NCBI GenBank assembly: GCA_977017575.1 | Contig: CDRNVI010000225.1 | Location: forward strand, 1-64,000 | DNA: 64,000 nt | Origin: Paramoeba atlantica | Lineage: Eukaryota; Protista; Discosea | Direction: 5' to 3' | In this document: in pieces, positions 10,401 to 21,500 of the stretch | Numbering within the stretch: position 1 is the stretch's first letter | Layout: each line of letters opens with the position of its first letter | Translations under genes and position numbers: made by a program | The notes under the pieces: model-generated | Databases searched by the model: none | What the model was told of the DNA's origin: nothing | Seen by the model: only the letters and a program-made list of their open reading frames with translations

Positions 10401-11770
10401 TCAAGAGAATCCTTGTTATATGGTCTTTCTGTACTGAGAAGGCTCTCCCAAAAGTCCTTAATTGCTTTTTTTACCACATTATCATTACAAGAGATCACTT
10501 CATCTACAATTACACCTTTAACACAGGGAGAAGATTTACGACCAGGGCGCGAGAGGTGTTCTTTTTTTTTTTTTTTTTTGAGGCAGACTTTATTCAATTA
10601 GTAGTTCTTAATCTAAGCCATTTGAATTACATTAAATTATGTTTGTTTTTAACCTCTAACGAGAGGTGAAGTTTTAAACTTCAGCTTAGTTCAGTCGGTC
10701 TTTATGCTGAACTTTAGAACTTCTGCAAGTTCAGGCTGGAGGATACACATCAGAAGAGAGAATAATCCAAAGCTCCTTCCAAGGGAATTTATCCTCAACT
10801 TTTTAGCAGACAGGGCGCGAGGGGTGTTCATCCACAAAAATTCTGAGTTGTTGTTCGAGAACTGCAGTTCGATCCATCCCAGCTTTGATCATTCTAGGAA
10901 TAGCTTTGATTCTCCATTTCTTGTCATCTCGAGAGCCATTCCATCCTATCGCAGCTGTATGAAGAAGTTCGAGTTCCAATGAAGAGAAAGAGTGTATGAT
11001 TGAAGTTTTCCTTAAAATCCTGGTTTTTGCAAGACGTTTGATGATTGTCTGGAGTTTCCATAATTCTTTGAAAAGGTGAGCTTCTTTCCCTTTGTCTTTC
11101 CATAGAGGGACTAATTCCCACGCCTTCTCCTTGAGTTTAGTAAGACAACTGACAGGATCACCTTCCACATAGTCCCCAACTTCATTAATGAGGGCATTAA
11201 TAAATTTAGGATCTTTAATGAGGTATTCAGGGATTCTCTTCTTGTTAGATTTCAACTCCCATTCTTTGATACTAGTTCCACCTATGATCATCGCATGGTC
11301 TTTAAAACCTGAAGGGATCACATTAACAAAAATTCTTTCACTAGGAGCATTCGAGGGAATAAAGACATGATCGATACATCGTCCTTGGAAATGGGTTGGT
11401 TCTGACCACCCCAGTCTTGATAGATTCCAAGATTCAGAGGATTCTGCGAGCTCTTTAAAAGGGGGTTTGTTAAGATCCCAGTTGAAGTCACCTCCCAGAA
11501 CGTTCAGCCCATCTTTGGAGAAGAACTTTCCGATTTGGTCTTGCATAAAGGGAAGTTTCAGATCGCAATGACGGTAGACATTCATCACAGCATATTCCAT
11601 ATTGAAAATCTTGGTTCTCAGTCCAAACAAACCACTCTCAGAGCTTTCAATTGGGTATGGTTCTATATCATGAAGGCTTTCCATTCTTCTGACTCCAATG
11701 GCAAGGCCCCGCTTCCGTTCTGAGAAGGGGTCTTTGAACCACAAATATTTCCTCAAACAATTCTTGAGAT
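7431..11770 (-). mobile_element. L1-like non-LTR retrotransposon family A, 5'-truncated within APE; ORF2 = APE-RT-zf-RVT-RNase H-unknown C-terminal domain
   Basis: APE: VLGGDFN, THFQGRCIDHVF, KDH. RT: FRPISVTNSDYRI, DFCKAYDYV, GVRQGCPISPLLF, GFMDDL. Zinc motif: LPTRDKL..CRLC....ESRSHLLEEC. RNase H: FYDGSGHTNP, SNNIGEF, VGDC, HVPQDLNKRADAIA. The three ORF pieces share one frame, broken only by TAA (about 10217), TGA (8948) and a SINE. 21-bp TSD at 7410-7430 and 11771-11791. Confidence 0.95.
10562..10810 (-). mobile_element. 5'-truncated SINE copy 4, nested inside the LINE
   Basis: 3' part (about 250 bp) of the SINE. TSD cagggcgcgag(a/g)ggtgttc at 10543-10561 and 10811-10829. Confidence 0.9.
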
Positions 11771-11791
11771 GATCAGACCTCCCACTGTATT

Positions 11792-13160
11792 ACCTCAAGT
11801 ACTTTGGGATGATGTCCTAAAGGCCTATTATAACTCCCTTGTCTTTGGACATCAGAAGTATGAACATCTCTATTAAGCAATTGCTGCTTCTTATTATTTT
11901 CCAGGTATGTCCCTTTATATTAAAGGCTATTGTCATTGATGTTTGAATTGTGCAATCAATTCAAAAGGAAAGACCTTAACATCCAAATTGAACCCATATA
12001 TGGCTTCATATTCTGGAGTCACTATCCATCTTGATTGTACAAAAGGCCCAAAGACTTCAGCCAGGGGAAATACTCATTTATTGGCAATTGTGGATAACTT
12101 TTCTGGATATCTGAGGTTATATCCAATTCCTCAACCCACTGCAAAGGATGCCACTGGAGCTTTATTGCAGTACATTTGCATAAATTCAATATCATTGAAG
12201 ATTGTTACTAACAATGGACCTGAATTTATGAACAAATTCTTTATTGAATTATCTAATTTGATGGGATTGAAACAAACCACAATTTCTTTTTATAACTCTA
12301 AGAGCAATGGTTGAGTAGAATGGACACATAAAGTCACCAAGTCAATTCTACAAGCCTATGTGGACAAATTTAGAGATGACTGGGATTTATTAGTGCCTTT
12401 AGTTGAGTTTATCTTCAATACCTCTCAATCTTCATCAACCACATATACATTCTTTCAAGTACATTTTGGATGACCACCAATTATGCCTCTCGATATGATG
12501 TATGGGTCAGTCTATTGGCTGTATGTGACTAAAGATGAATATGTGAGCAAACTCCAAACCGACCGAGATAAAGTCATTGAGTGGGTTTGAGCTGAATGAT
12601 TGTGAGTTGCTGAAAGTCAATCTGAACTCTATAATCGAACTCATAAGTCAAGGATTGCACAACTTGAAATTGGTGACTATGTATTGTTAAGAAAATTCAG
12701 AACAACTATAGATGAAGCTGATCTTGGAAAGAAATATCAAGCCTTATTCCATCAAAAAGTGTATATGGTTGTGGGAGATTATGAGAATGGAAGTTATACA
12801 TTACAAGATCTATCTCGAAAAGATCCTCCATTCAAAGCAAACATCTCAATTATCAAGAAACTCCAATTCTGTCATGAGATTAACCTGGACCCTGGGTCAA
12901 ATGAAATTGGTTTTGAAAACTCCTCTGGACCAGAGAACATCTCCTTTGACGATCACAGATATGATTTTGAGATTGAAAAAATCCTGAACCATGCTGTTCA
13001 TAATGGAGAACTCTTTTACAAGATTCAATTTAAAGGATTCTGAAAAACATCAGCTGAATGGTGCCAAGCAAGTGATGTTGATGCTGAGGAGCTCTTAAAT
13101 GATTATCATCTGCATAACCCCATCAACTTTGATATACTTGGTGCTGATCATGAAGAATCC
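11792..13160 (+). pseudogene. Gypsy integrase (zinc-binding, DDE core) with C-terminal chromodomain
   Basis: FGH...YYFPGM..YIKGYCH*CLNC; IHLDC; LAIVDNFS; IVTNNGPEF (D to N); SNG*VEWTHK; then YDFEIEKILNHAVHNGELFYKIQFKGF*KTSAEWCQASDVDAEELLNDYH (chromodomain) at about 12958-13110. Confidence 0.88.
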
Positions 13161-13335
13161 TGAGTGGCTTCACCAACAACTGTTCCAACTGGTCAACCTG
13201 CTAATGAGTCTACTCCTTCTTCCCCTCCTTCATCTTCAGAAATATCTGAGGAGCCAAGGTTCTCATCGCATGGGAGGATGCAACAGAGAAATCGACAACT
13301 CCTTGATAAAGACATCTATGCCTTTTTGATTTACT

Positions 13336-13472
13336 AAATAAAGGAGAATGAGAGCTGACATGGAACTGTCAAATTCTGAAATGGTCCAACATTCACTTTT
13401 CAAATTCTCAAATTGCACAACAACATTTTAATTGCTTTTATTATTCACTGTAAAATCTATCATTTTACAGAT
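13336..13472 (+). mobile_element. Possible polypurine tract and start of the 3' LTR of the Gypsy element
   Basis: Purine-rich aaataaaggagaatgagag followed by TGACA at 13356, downstream of the end of pol. No matching 5' LTR to confirm it. Confidence 0.3.
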
Positions 13473-14142
13473 CCAAAAAAAAGAGAACAGGAGAAGTCAA
13501 CCTGTTTCTGGTCCTGCCCCTGTTTTCATCAACAAAGAAGATTTACCAGTTGAAAATGTATTGGTGGAGGAACCCAACAATAGAAGGGAGGTGAAATCAA
13601 TATTAAAAAAATTGAATCTGAACATTGAGTGGACAAGTGCAACTGAGGATTTCAGAAGAGTTTATGAGGGTTTGGAAAATGGCTCAATTTTCCCAGAGGA
13701 TAAGAAATTAAGGTGCCAAGCTTTCTACTTGGTTGGGTACCTTGTGAAGACAGGATGCACTAAGAGAAAGAAGGGTGGATCAGAAGAGATGATTAATCTC
13801 AAAGTGGGGTGGGAGAAAGGAAAGAATGAGAGTGAAGAGGAAAAAGAAAAAGTTTCACAAAAAAAAAGGAAAATCACACAAGAAAAAGAGAGTGGGGAAA
13901 GAAAGTTGGTGAACCTTCCAAATGAGGAAGGGGTGGGTGTTGTTCATCCACTTATGGAAAAATCTGAGGAAAGAAGTGGTGGTGTCCAAGATGGTGTCCC
14001 TCTTTCTTTTTTGTTTAAAGGCTCAGGTATGAGAGTGGAAAGAGGAGAGGAGGAAGAGGGGGAAGCTATGGAGATCAAAATGAATGAGGAGTTTGCCAGA
14101 ACAACCCAAACAAGGAGAGAGAGTGAGGGAGGGAAGTTAGTC

Positions 14143-14180
<38 letters not shown>

Positions 14181-16722
14181 AAACAAACAAATGATGACTA
14201 AACTCAAGAAGAGGAAGAATAAAAAGAGAAAGGGAAAGGGATTGGTGGATATCAGAAGTAGCTTTGGTGTTGGCCCCCAGGAAACTCCTTCCTCAACAAC
14301 AAACTTGCCTAATGTAACCCAGTCAGAGTACCTCCCATCAGGTCCTCCAAATGATCCTGGAGTTGATCCACATGATAGATCCTCAGCTAATGTAATTGAG
14401 CATGATGAACATAGGTTTCCTGACACATGAGTGATTTCCTGGAACATGAATGGAGTTCAAAATTTCAACAAATTGAGAACCCTGTGGAAGATGGCTGAGA
14501 GTTGTTGGCCTCTTTTCATTTTGATTCAAGAATCTCACACTAATTCTGAATGTGACCTTGATCTCATTAGAAATCAATTGAGAAAGTATATCTGGTTGAA
14601 AGACAACTCCTCTGGAAAGAGGAGGGGTTTGCTCATTGGAGTTAGGTGAATGGAGGGGATGAAAGAGATTTCTCCTTGTTTCTTTGACTAAACCATGAGT
14701 GGATTATTTGGAGTTCATGTGACTATTGAATCAATGAACTATTCTGTCTTGAACAAGTTGTGGAAGTGGGTGATGAAACTGGTGGATTTGAATTGGAGCC
14801 TTTCTGTGAAGAAAGTTCAATTTAAAAGGAGGTTTAAGGACAAGGTGATTACAACTAATAATATTTATTTCCCAGTACAAGCTGTACTGGATGGGTTGAT
14901 GATTTCTCCTATGGTCATTTCAGATGATATTGTTAAGTGGTTTCCTGAAAGAGCTGCACCTGATGAGATGTTAGAGAGTTTTGTTGAGAATGAAAACTGA
15001 AAGTGGAGAGAGAAGTATGAGCAAGCAAGAAACCATTGGTTAAAGAATGCAATGAGACCTTCTATTGTAAGGAAGATTATTAAGCCTATTAAAGCTGGTG
15101 AGAAGAAAAGAAATTTGAAAGAGATTTGAATGAGAAATAGAAAGAAACATTAAAGCTTTTGGCCACTAAGTTGGCACTGAAGTGGGTTGATCCTACTTGA
15201 CTATAACAATTTAATTTAAGTGTATCTTTGAGTGTTCAGATTACACTTCATTTCAATAAATGGCATCTCTAATGTCTAAATTTAAAAAAAAAAAAAAAAG
15301 TCTCCCAACTGTGGATAAGATTGCCCATTTCATATCTGTGAGTCCACTTTGTCAGCTGTGTAGGAAAGCCAAAGAGTCAAAGGTGCATCTCCTTGAAGAA
15401 TGTCCAAAAGCCAAGGTGATTTTGAAAACTATTGGAAAGAAATGCTTTGTTTTAAAGATTCCTGGGTGGGAGAGTGTTGACTTTGTGTGTGGATTCATGA
15501 ACCAGTATCTAAAGAAGGTTGAAGCATCTGCAGTGAGTGCAGCCCTATTGAGCTTGGAAGGATTTAAGTCCCCAAGCTTTGTTGTTAAAATTTTTGATGA
15601 AATTGCTAAGATAAACAAGATGATCCCCAAACCTCAGACTATAAGGAAGGCTCCCCTTAAAGGTAAAAGAGAAGTGAAACAACCAAAGTTCAAGTACCCT
15701 GCCTTGCAAGTGTTTTATAATGGCTCTGAACATGTAGATCCCCACACCAGGGGATCTGGGTATGTGATTATTAAGGAAGGTTTGGAGGTTGGAGGTGGAT
15801 TTGAAACAATTCCATTAGACTCAAATAATTTGAGTGAGTTTTCAGGTTGCTTAGCTGGTCTACAACAAGTTATTGGTTTTGGACAACATGTAGAGATGGT
15901 GGGAGATTATAAAATTCTAACTAAGGGAGTGTCTAAGATGAAGCCTATCAATAATTTTGAGCTCAACAAGATCCTATCTGAGATCAGGAATATTGCTGAG
16001 AGTAAATTTACCAAAGTGGAGTACACTCATGTGTATCATGAATTCAACAAGAGGTCAGATGCAATTGCAACAGCAGCAAGTCACTTTGAAGAGGATGGGA
16101 TGGAAGCTGTGTTTGATAGGAACTGGGATCCAAGAATGAAGCAACTAGCAACAACAAGTGAGGAATGGATTATTGAGAATTCCAAGTTGTGGAAGTGGGT
16201 GATGAAACCTTTGGATTTGGATTAAAGCTTTCCTATGAAGAAAGTTCAGTTTAAGAGGAGGTTTAAGGACAAAGTGATTACAACTAATAATGTTTACTTC
16301 TTAGTACAAGCTGTACTGGATGGGTCAATGATTTCTCCTGTGTTCATTTCAGATGATATTGTTAAGTGGTTTCCTGAAAGAGCTGCACCTGGTGAGATGT
16401 TAGAAAGTTTTGTTGAGAAAGAAAACTGAAAGTGGAGAGAGGAGTATGAGCAAGCAAGGAACTGCTGGTTGAAGAGTGCAATGAGACCTTCCATTGTAAG
16501 GAAGATTATTAGGTCTATTAAGGCTGGTGAGAAGAAAAGAATTTTGAAAGAGATTCAAATGAGAAATAGAAAGAAACATTAGAGCTTTTGGCCACTAAGT
16601 TGGCACTGAAGTGGGTTGATCCTACTTGACTATAACAATTTAATTTAAGTGTATCCTTGGGTGTCTAGATTACACTTCATTTCAATAAATGGCATCTCTG
16701 ATATCTAAATTAAAAAAAAAAA
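13473..16722 (+). mobile_element. Composite of LINE family B: ORF1 fragment, ORF2 N-terminus/APE fused by internal deletion to a 3' end (tail at about 15284-15297), then a second 5'-truncated copy (zf-RVT-RNase H-C-terminal domain, tail 16712-16722)
   Basis: VISWNMNG, ILIQESH (APE); LPTVDKIAHF..CQLC...ESKVHLLEEC; HVYHEFNKRSDAIA. 14754-15283 and 16183-16711 are colinear duplicates, each ending aataaatggcatctct..tctaaatt(A)n. Protein homology to family A. Left boundary approximate. Confidence 0.88.
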
Positions 16723-16930
16723 TCCTGCATGAGAGACACATGAATGTTTGTTTTTCTGGATTGCATTGAAGTATTCATTGGATGGAGGGGAGTGTTGGAT
16801 GCAACTTTTAACCTTATTAAGATAAATCTGGTTTCATCAAAGTTGTTCAGTCATTGTTGCATCCTCTTAAAACATTGCAATGCAACCACCTATTCCATTG
16901 TTGCTTGTTCACACAACCTTGTTTGTCACA

Positions 16931-17011
16931 AATAAAGTTTATTCTCATTTTCCTCTCTAAACCCTCATGTCTCACATTGGTTTTATTATTTTCCCTGTTT
17001 CACCTCCAACA
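16931..17011 (+). repeat. Dispersed repeat resembling an LTR 3' end (AATAAA ... CCAACA), copy 1
   Basis: First 31 nt identical to 24381-24411, then diverged similarity to a shared tccaaca end. Confidence 0.55.
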
Positions 17012-18559
17012 GGTACAAAGTCCAGTTTAAAGATTATCAAGCTGCTGAAGCAACTTGGCTGTCAGCTGATGCTGTTTCTGCTCCAGACCTGATTCAACAT
17101 TATCATCAAGTACACCCCCTTCCATCTCCTTCACCAATGGAAGTAACCTCTGAACCTGAAAAGGAAACTTCTCCCACACCTCCTGCTGAACCTGTGGAGA
17201 GAACATTCTCATCTTGGGGGAGGGTGCACATGAGGAATGTGCACCTAGCTGATTATCTCTGAACAGAACTCAAAACTCTTTCTTTTCTTCTAACATGAAC
17301 AAATGAAAACAAACACTAATTTAAGAACTCTAAACCTTTTGGAACCCCACAACTTGTATTTGCTTTATTTGGATTATTTATGTTTGCAGATTATTTATTT
17401 GGCCCCTCTTCTGAACTGCTTCACTGAAATCTCTGAGTTCTCTTGGATTGTTTTAAGAACACTGCAACTTGTGTTCTTTCTCAATGAAATCAAAAGAATA
17501 AAAACACTTTTCAAATTCCAAATTCTGAATTGAAGATTAATATCCAAATGGAACAAGATCAACCCCAACAAGTGGAAGACACTGTTGAAGACCTAGAGAT
17601 TGATGAACCAATTGAGGAGCCTGACCAAGAAACCAATGGCACACTCTTTCTTTCAATAATAATTCAACTTTCTTTTCATTTCCTTTCAAAAAAGCAATAT
17701 AAAGATCTTTTATTCCAAACTATTTTTGTTTTTTTTAAAAAAAAAAAAGATTTAGAGAGTTAGAAAAAATTTAAAAATATTACTCAAAAGGAAAAGAAAA
17801 AAGAAAAAAGAAAAAAAAAGAAGAAAAGAGAATATTGAAATAATTAAATTTTTTTATCATCTTGAAGAGTATTTCAAGTCAAATTCAATCTTGTTTCATT
17901 AAAGCAATTTTGAATAATCTCTTTTTTTGAAATAAAAATAAAAAAAAATTGAAAGAAAAATATTCAAATGAAGAATTGTTTCAAAATATAGAATATAAAA
18001 ATAGAACAAGAGTAACAAACAAAGAAAAGAGAAAGAAAAGAAACAAGAAAAGAAAGAGAAGAGAGAGAGAAGAAGAAAAGAAAAAAGAAAGAAAGAAAAG
18101 AATGAATGAAAATTCAGAAACCTCAAATGAGTTTTCTTTCAACTCTTTTCTCACTTTCTCTTCTTCTTCTTTTTCTTCTTTTTCTTCTTCTTTTTCTTCA
18201 TTTCTCAATTTCTCTTCTTCTCTTCTCTCAATCCTTTCTCTTTCCCCAACTACCACCTCCTCCTCCATTATATTTCTTTCATTCAAATTCATCAAGAAAA
18301 AACAAAAAACAAAACAAAACAAAAACAAAAAAAAAAAAAAAAAATACACACCCAAAACAAAAAAACAAAAAAACACAAAAAAAAAGAGAAAGAAGGGTTT
18401 TGGTTAGTTGGGAGGTCTTTTTGTTCTTTTTTGAAAGGGTTTTCAAATTTTGATAAGAAATTGTCAGGTTTCATAAAAATGGAGGTTTTGTGAGAGGAAA
18501 CATAACTTTATTCTTCTTTTATTTTCAAACTTTCACAAAATTTAATTTTTTTTTTTTGC

Positions 18560-21500
18560 TCAAGCTGGTTTTATAGTTTGTCCCTACAACCAAAAAAACA
18601 AAATATGAGATCATATTCTTTCTTCTCACACTCAAATAAAATATTTATTCAACAAAACAAATCAAACAAAAAAAAAGAAAATTAAAAAAAAAAAAAGGGG
18701 AAAAGAAAATGAACAAAAAAAGAAAAGAGAGAAAAAACACCAAACCTTCAATTGAATGATGAGATCAACAATTTTGTGGTTCTTTGCAACATCAAAGACT
18801 GTCTTCCCATCCTAACAAAAAAAGAAAAAGAAGTTCAAAAAAAAAGGAAAGAATCCCACCACAACCCCCCCCCAACCCCTCCAAAATCAACAAAATCAAC
18901 AAAATCAACACAAAAAGGTTAATAAAAAAAGGAAGATTACACACACCTCAACTCATACAATTAAAAAGAAATGTTCCCCAAAATCCAAATAACAAATATA
19001 CACAAACCAAAAAGAGTAAAAAGATCAAAAAAGAAAAGAAAAATGAAAAAACTTTGTTTTGAATATTGACATTGGCACAATGTTCAACCAAAATCTTTAC
19101 AACTTCTTCAAAACCTATCTTAGCAGCAACATGAAGAGGGGTCCACCCAGCCTTGAGAAAAAAGATTTGAAAAAAAAAAGAATTTTTAAAAAATAAAACA
19201 CAAAACAAAAATTAAAAACAAATTTCACACATCTCCACCCACCTATGGAAAAAGAAAATCAACAAATTCAAAATGAGAACATGAATAAGACAAGAACTTG
19301 ATTTGCAAGATCAACATTTGCTTTTCCTTTTCTCAATAAAATTTGAACAATTTGTTCATGTCCATTGGAAGCAGCAAAAAAAAGAGGAGTTATTCCATCC
19401 TTTACATAAAAAAAAAATAGAAAAATGAGAAAAAGAAAAGAAAAAGAAAAAGAAACAATCAACAGAACCTTATTTGGAAGATCAACATTTGGTTTTCCTT
19501 TTTCCAATAAAATTTGAACAACTTGTTTATGTCCATTGGAAGCAGCAATAAAAAGAGGAGTTAATCCATCCTTTACATTAAAAAAATAGAAAAATGAGAA
19601 AGTGAAAAAAAAAAAAAAGAAAGAGAAACAAAATCAACAAAATAACCTTATGTGCAAGATCAACATTTGGTTTTCCTTTTTCCAATAAAATTTGAACAGT
19701 TTGTTCATGTCCTTTAAAAGCAGCGACAAAAAGAGGAGTTTTTCCATTCTTTTGGTTAATAAAAAAGGAAAAATGAGAAAAGAAAAAGAAAAAGGAGATC
19801 TAAACCCTGCCAACTCAACAAATCAAAAAAAAAAAACCTTTGCTGGAAGATCAACATTTGGTTTTCCTTTTTCCAATAAAATTTGAACAATTTTTTCATA
19901 TCCATTTTCAGCAGCAACATAAAGAGGAGTTGCTCCATACTTTACATTAAAAAAATAGAAAAATGAGAAACTGAAAAAAAAAAGAAAAAGAAAAAGAAAC
20001 AAAATCAACAAAATACCTGATTTGCAAGATCAACATTTGGTTTCCCTTTTTCCAATAAAATTTCAACAATTTGTTCATGTCCATTTTCAGCAGCAATATA
20101 AAGAGGAGTTCTTCCATACTTTACATTAAAAAATAGAAAAATGAGAAACTGAAAAAAAAAAGAAAAAGAAAAAGAAACAAAATCAACAAAATACCTGATT
20201 TGCAAGATCAACATTTGGTTTCCCTTTTTCCAATAAAAGTTCAACAATTTGTTCATCTCCTTCTTCAACAGCAATAAAAAGAGGAGTTCTTCCATCCTTT
20301 ACATTTTAAAAAAAAAAATGAGAAAGTTGAAAAAAAAGAAAAAAGAAAAAGAAAAAGAAACAATCAACAAAATAACCTTCCTTGCAAGATCAACATTTGG
20401 TTTTCCTTTTTCCAATAAAATTTCAACAATTTGTTCATGTCCATTTTCAGCAGCAGCATAAAGAGGAGTTCTTCCATACTTTACATTCAAAAAATGAGAA
20501 AATGAGAAACTGAAAAAAAGAAAAAGAAAAAGAAACAATCAACAAAATAACCTCAGTTGCAAGATCAACATTTGGTTTTCCTTTTTCCAATAAAATTTGA
20601 ACAATTTGTTTATGTCCATTTTGAGCAACAATAAAAAGAGGCATTCTTCCATACTTTACTTTAAAAAAAATAGAAAAATGAGAAACTGAAAAAGAAAGAG
20701 AAAAAAAAAGAAACAATTAACAAAATAACCTGATCTGCAAGATCAACATTTGGTTTTCCTTTTTCCAATAAAATTTGAACAATTTGTTCATGTCCATTTT
20801 CAGCAGCAGCATAAAGAGGAGTTATTCCATACTTTACATTCAATAAAATAGAAAAATGAGAAAGTAACAAAAAAAAAAGAAAAAAAAACAAACAACAAAA
20901 TAACCTGATCTGCAAGATCAACATTTGGTTTTCCTTTTTCCAATAAAATTTGAACAATTTGTTCATGTCCATTTTCAGCAGCAGCATAAAGAGGAGTTCT
21001 TCCATACTTTACATTCAAAAAAATAGAAAAATGAGAAGGTAACAAAAAAAAAAAGAAAAAGAAAAAGAAACAAACAATAAAATAACCTCATTTGCAAGAT
21101 CAACATTTGGTTTTCCTTTTTCCAATAAAATTTGAACAATTTGTTTATGTCCATTTTGAGCAACAATAAAAAGAGGAGTTCTTCCAGACTTTACATTAAA
21201 AAAAATAGAAAAATGAGAAACTGAAAAAGAAAGAGAAAAAAAAAAGAAACAATTAACAAAATAACCTGATTTGGAAGATCAACATTTGGTTTTCCTTTTT
21301 CCAATAAAATTTGAACAATTTGTTTATGTCCATTTTGAGCAGCAATAAAAAGAGGAGTTCTTCCATACTTTACATTAAAAAAAATAGAAAAATGAGAAAC
21401 TGAAAAAGAAAAAGAAAAAGAAACAAAATAACCTCTTCTGGAAGATCAACATTTGGTTCTCCTTTTTCCAATAAAATTTCAACAATTTGTTCATATCCAT

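Larger units (their letters stand above)
977..13371 (+). mobile_element. Decayed Ty3/Gypsy LTR retrotransposon with chromodomain integrase, interrupted by nested SINE/LINE insertions
   Basis: Domains lie in Ty3/Gypsy order on +: CCHC knuckle, protease, RT, RNase H, integrase, chromodomain. The pieces rejoin when the TSD-flanked inserts are removed. Many in-frame stops. No 5' LTR found. Boundaries are approximate. Confidence 0.93.

Noticed and set aside
14146-14190. Poly-A run as the tail of a separate retroposon
   Set aside because: No AATAAA, family 3' end or TSD. It sits exactly between the ORF1 stop and the ORF2 start. Kept only as the refuting alternative for the spacer finding.
16955-16965. 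Telomere-like CTAAACCCT inside the LTR-like repeat
   Set aside because: A single partial unit, not conserved in the second copy.
17027-17212. Peptide SPQVQQEVWEKFPF resembling a translation of the SINE body (NPVC*KVEDKFPW)
   Set aside because: Too short, with no convincing DNA alignment. It could be chance; a profile search would be needed.
17530-17763. Acidic ORF (MEQDQPQQVEDTVEDLEIDEPIEE)
   Set aside because: No clear splice partners or family motif, and it lies in decayed CpG-free sequence. Cannot be called.
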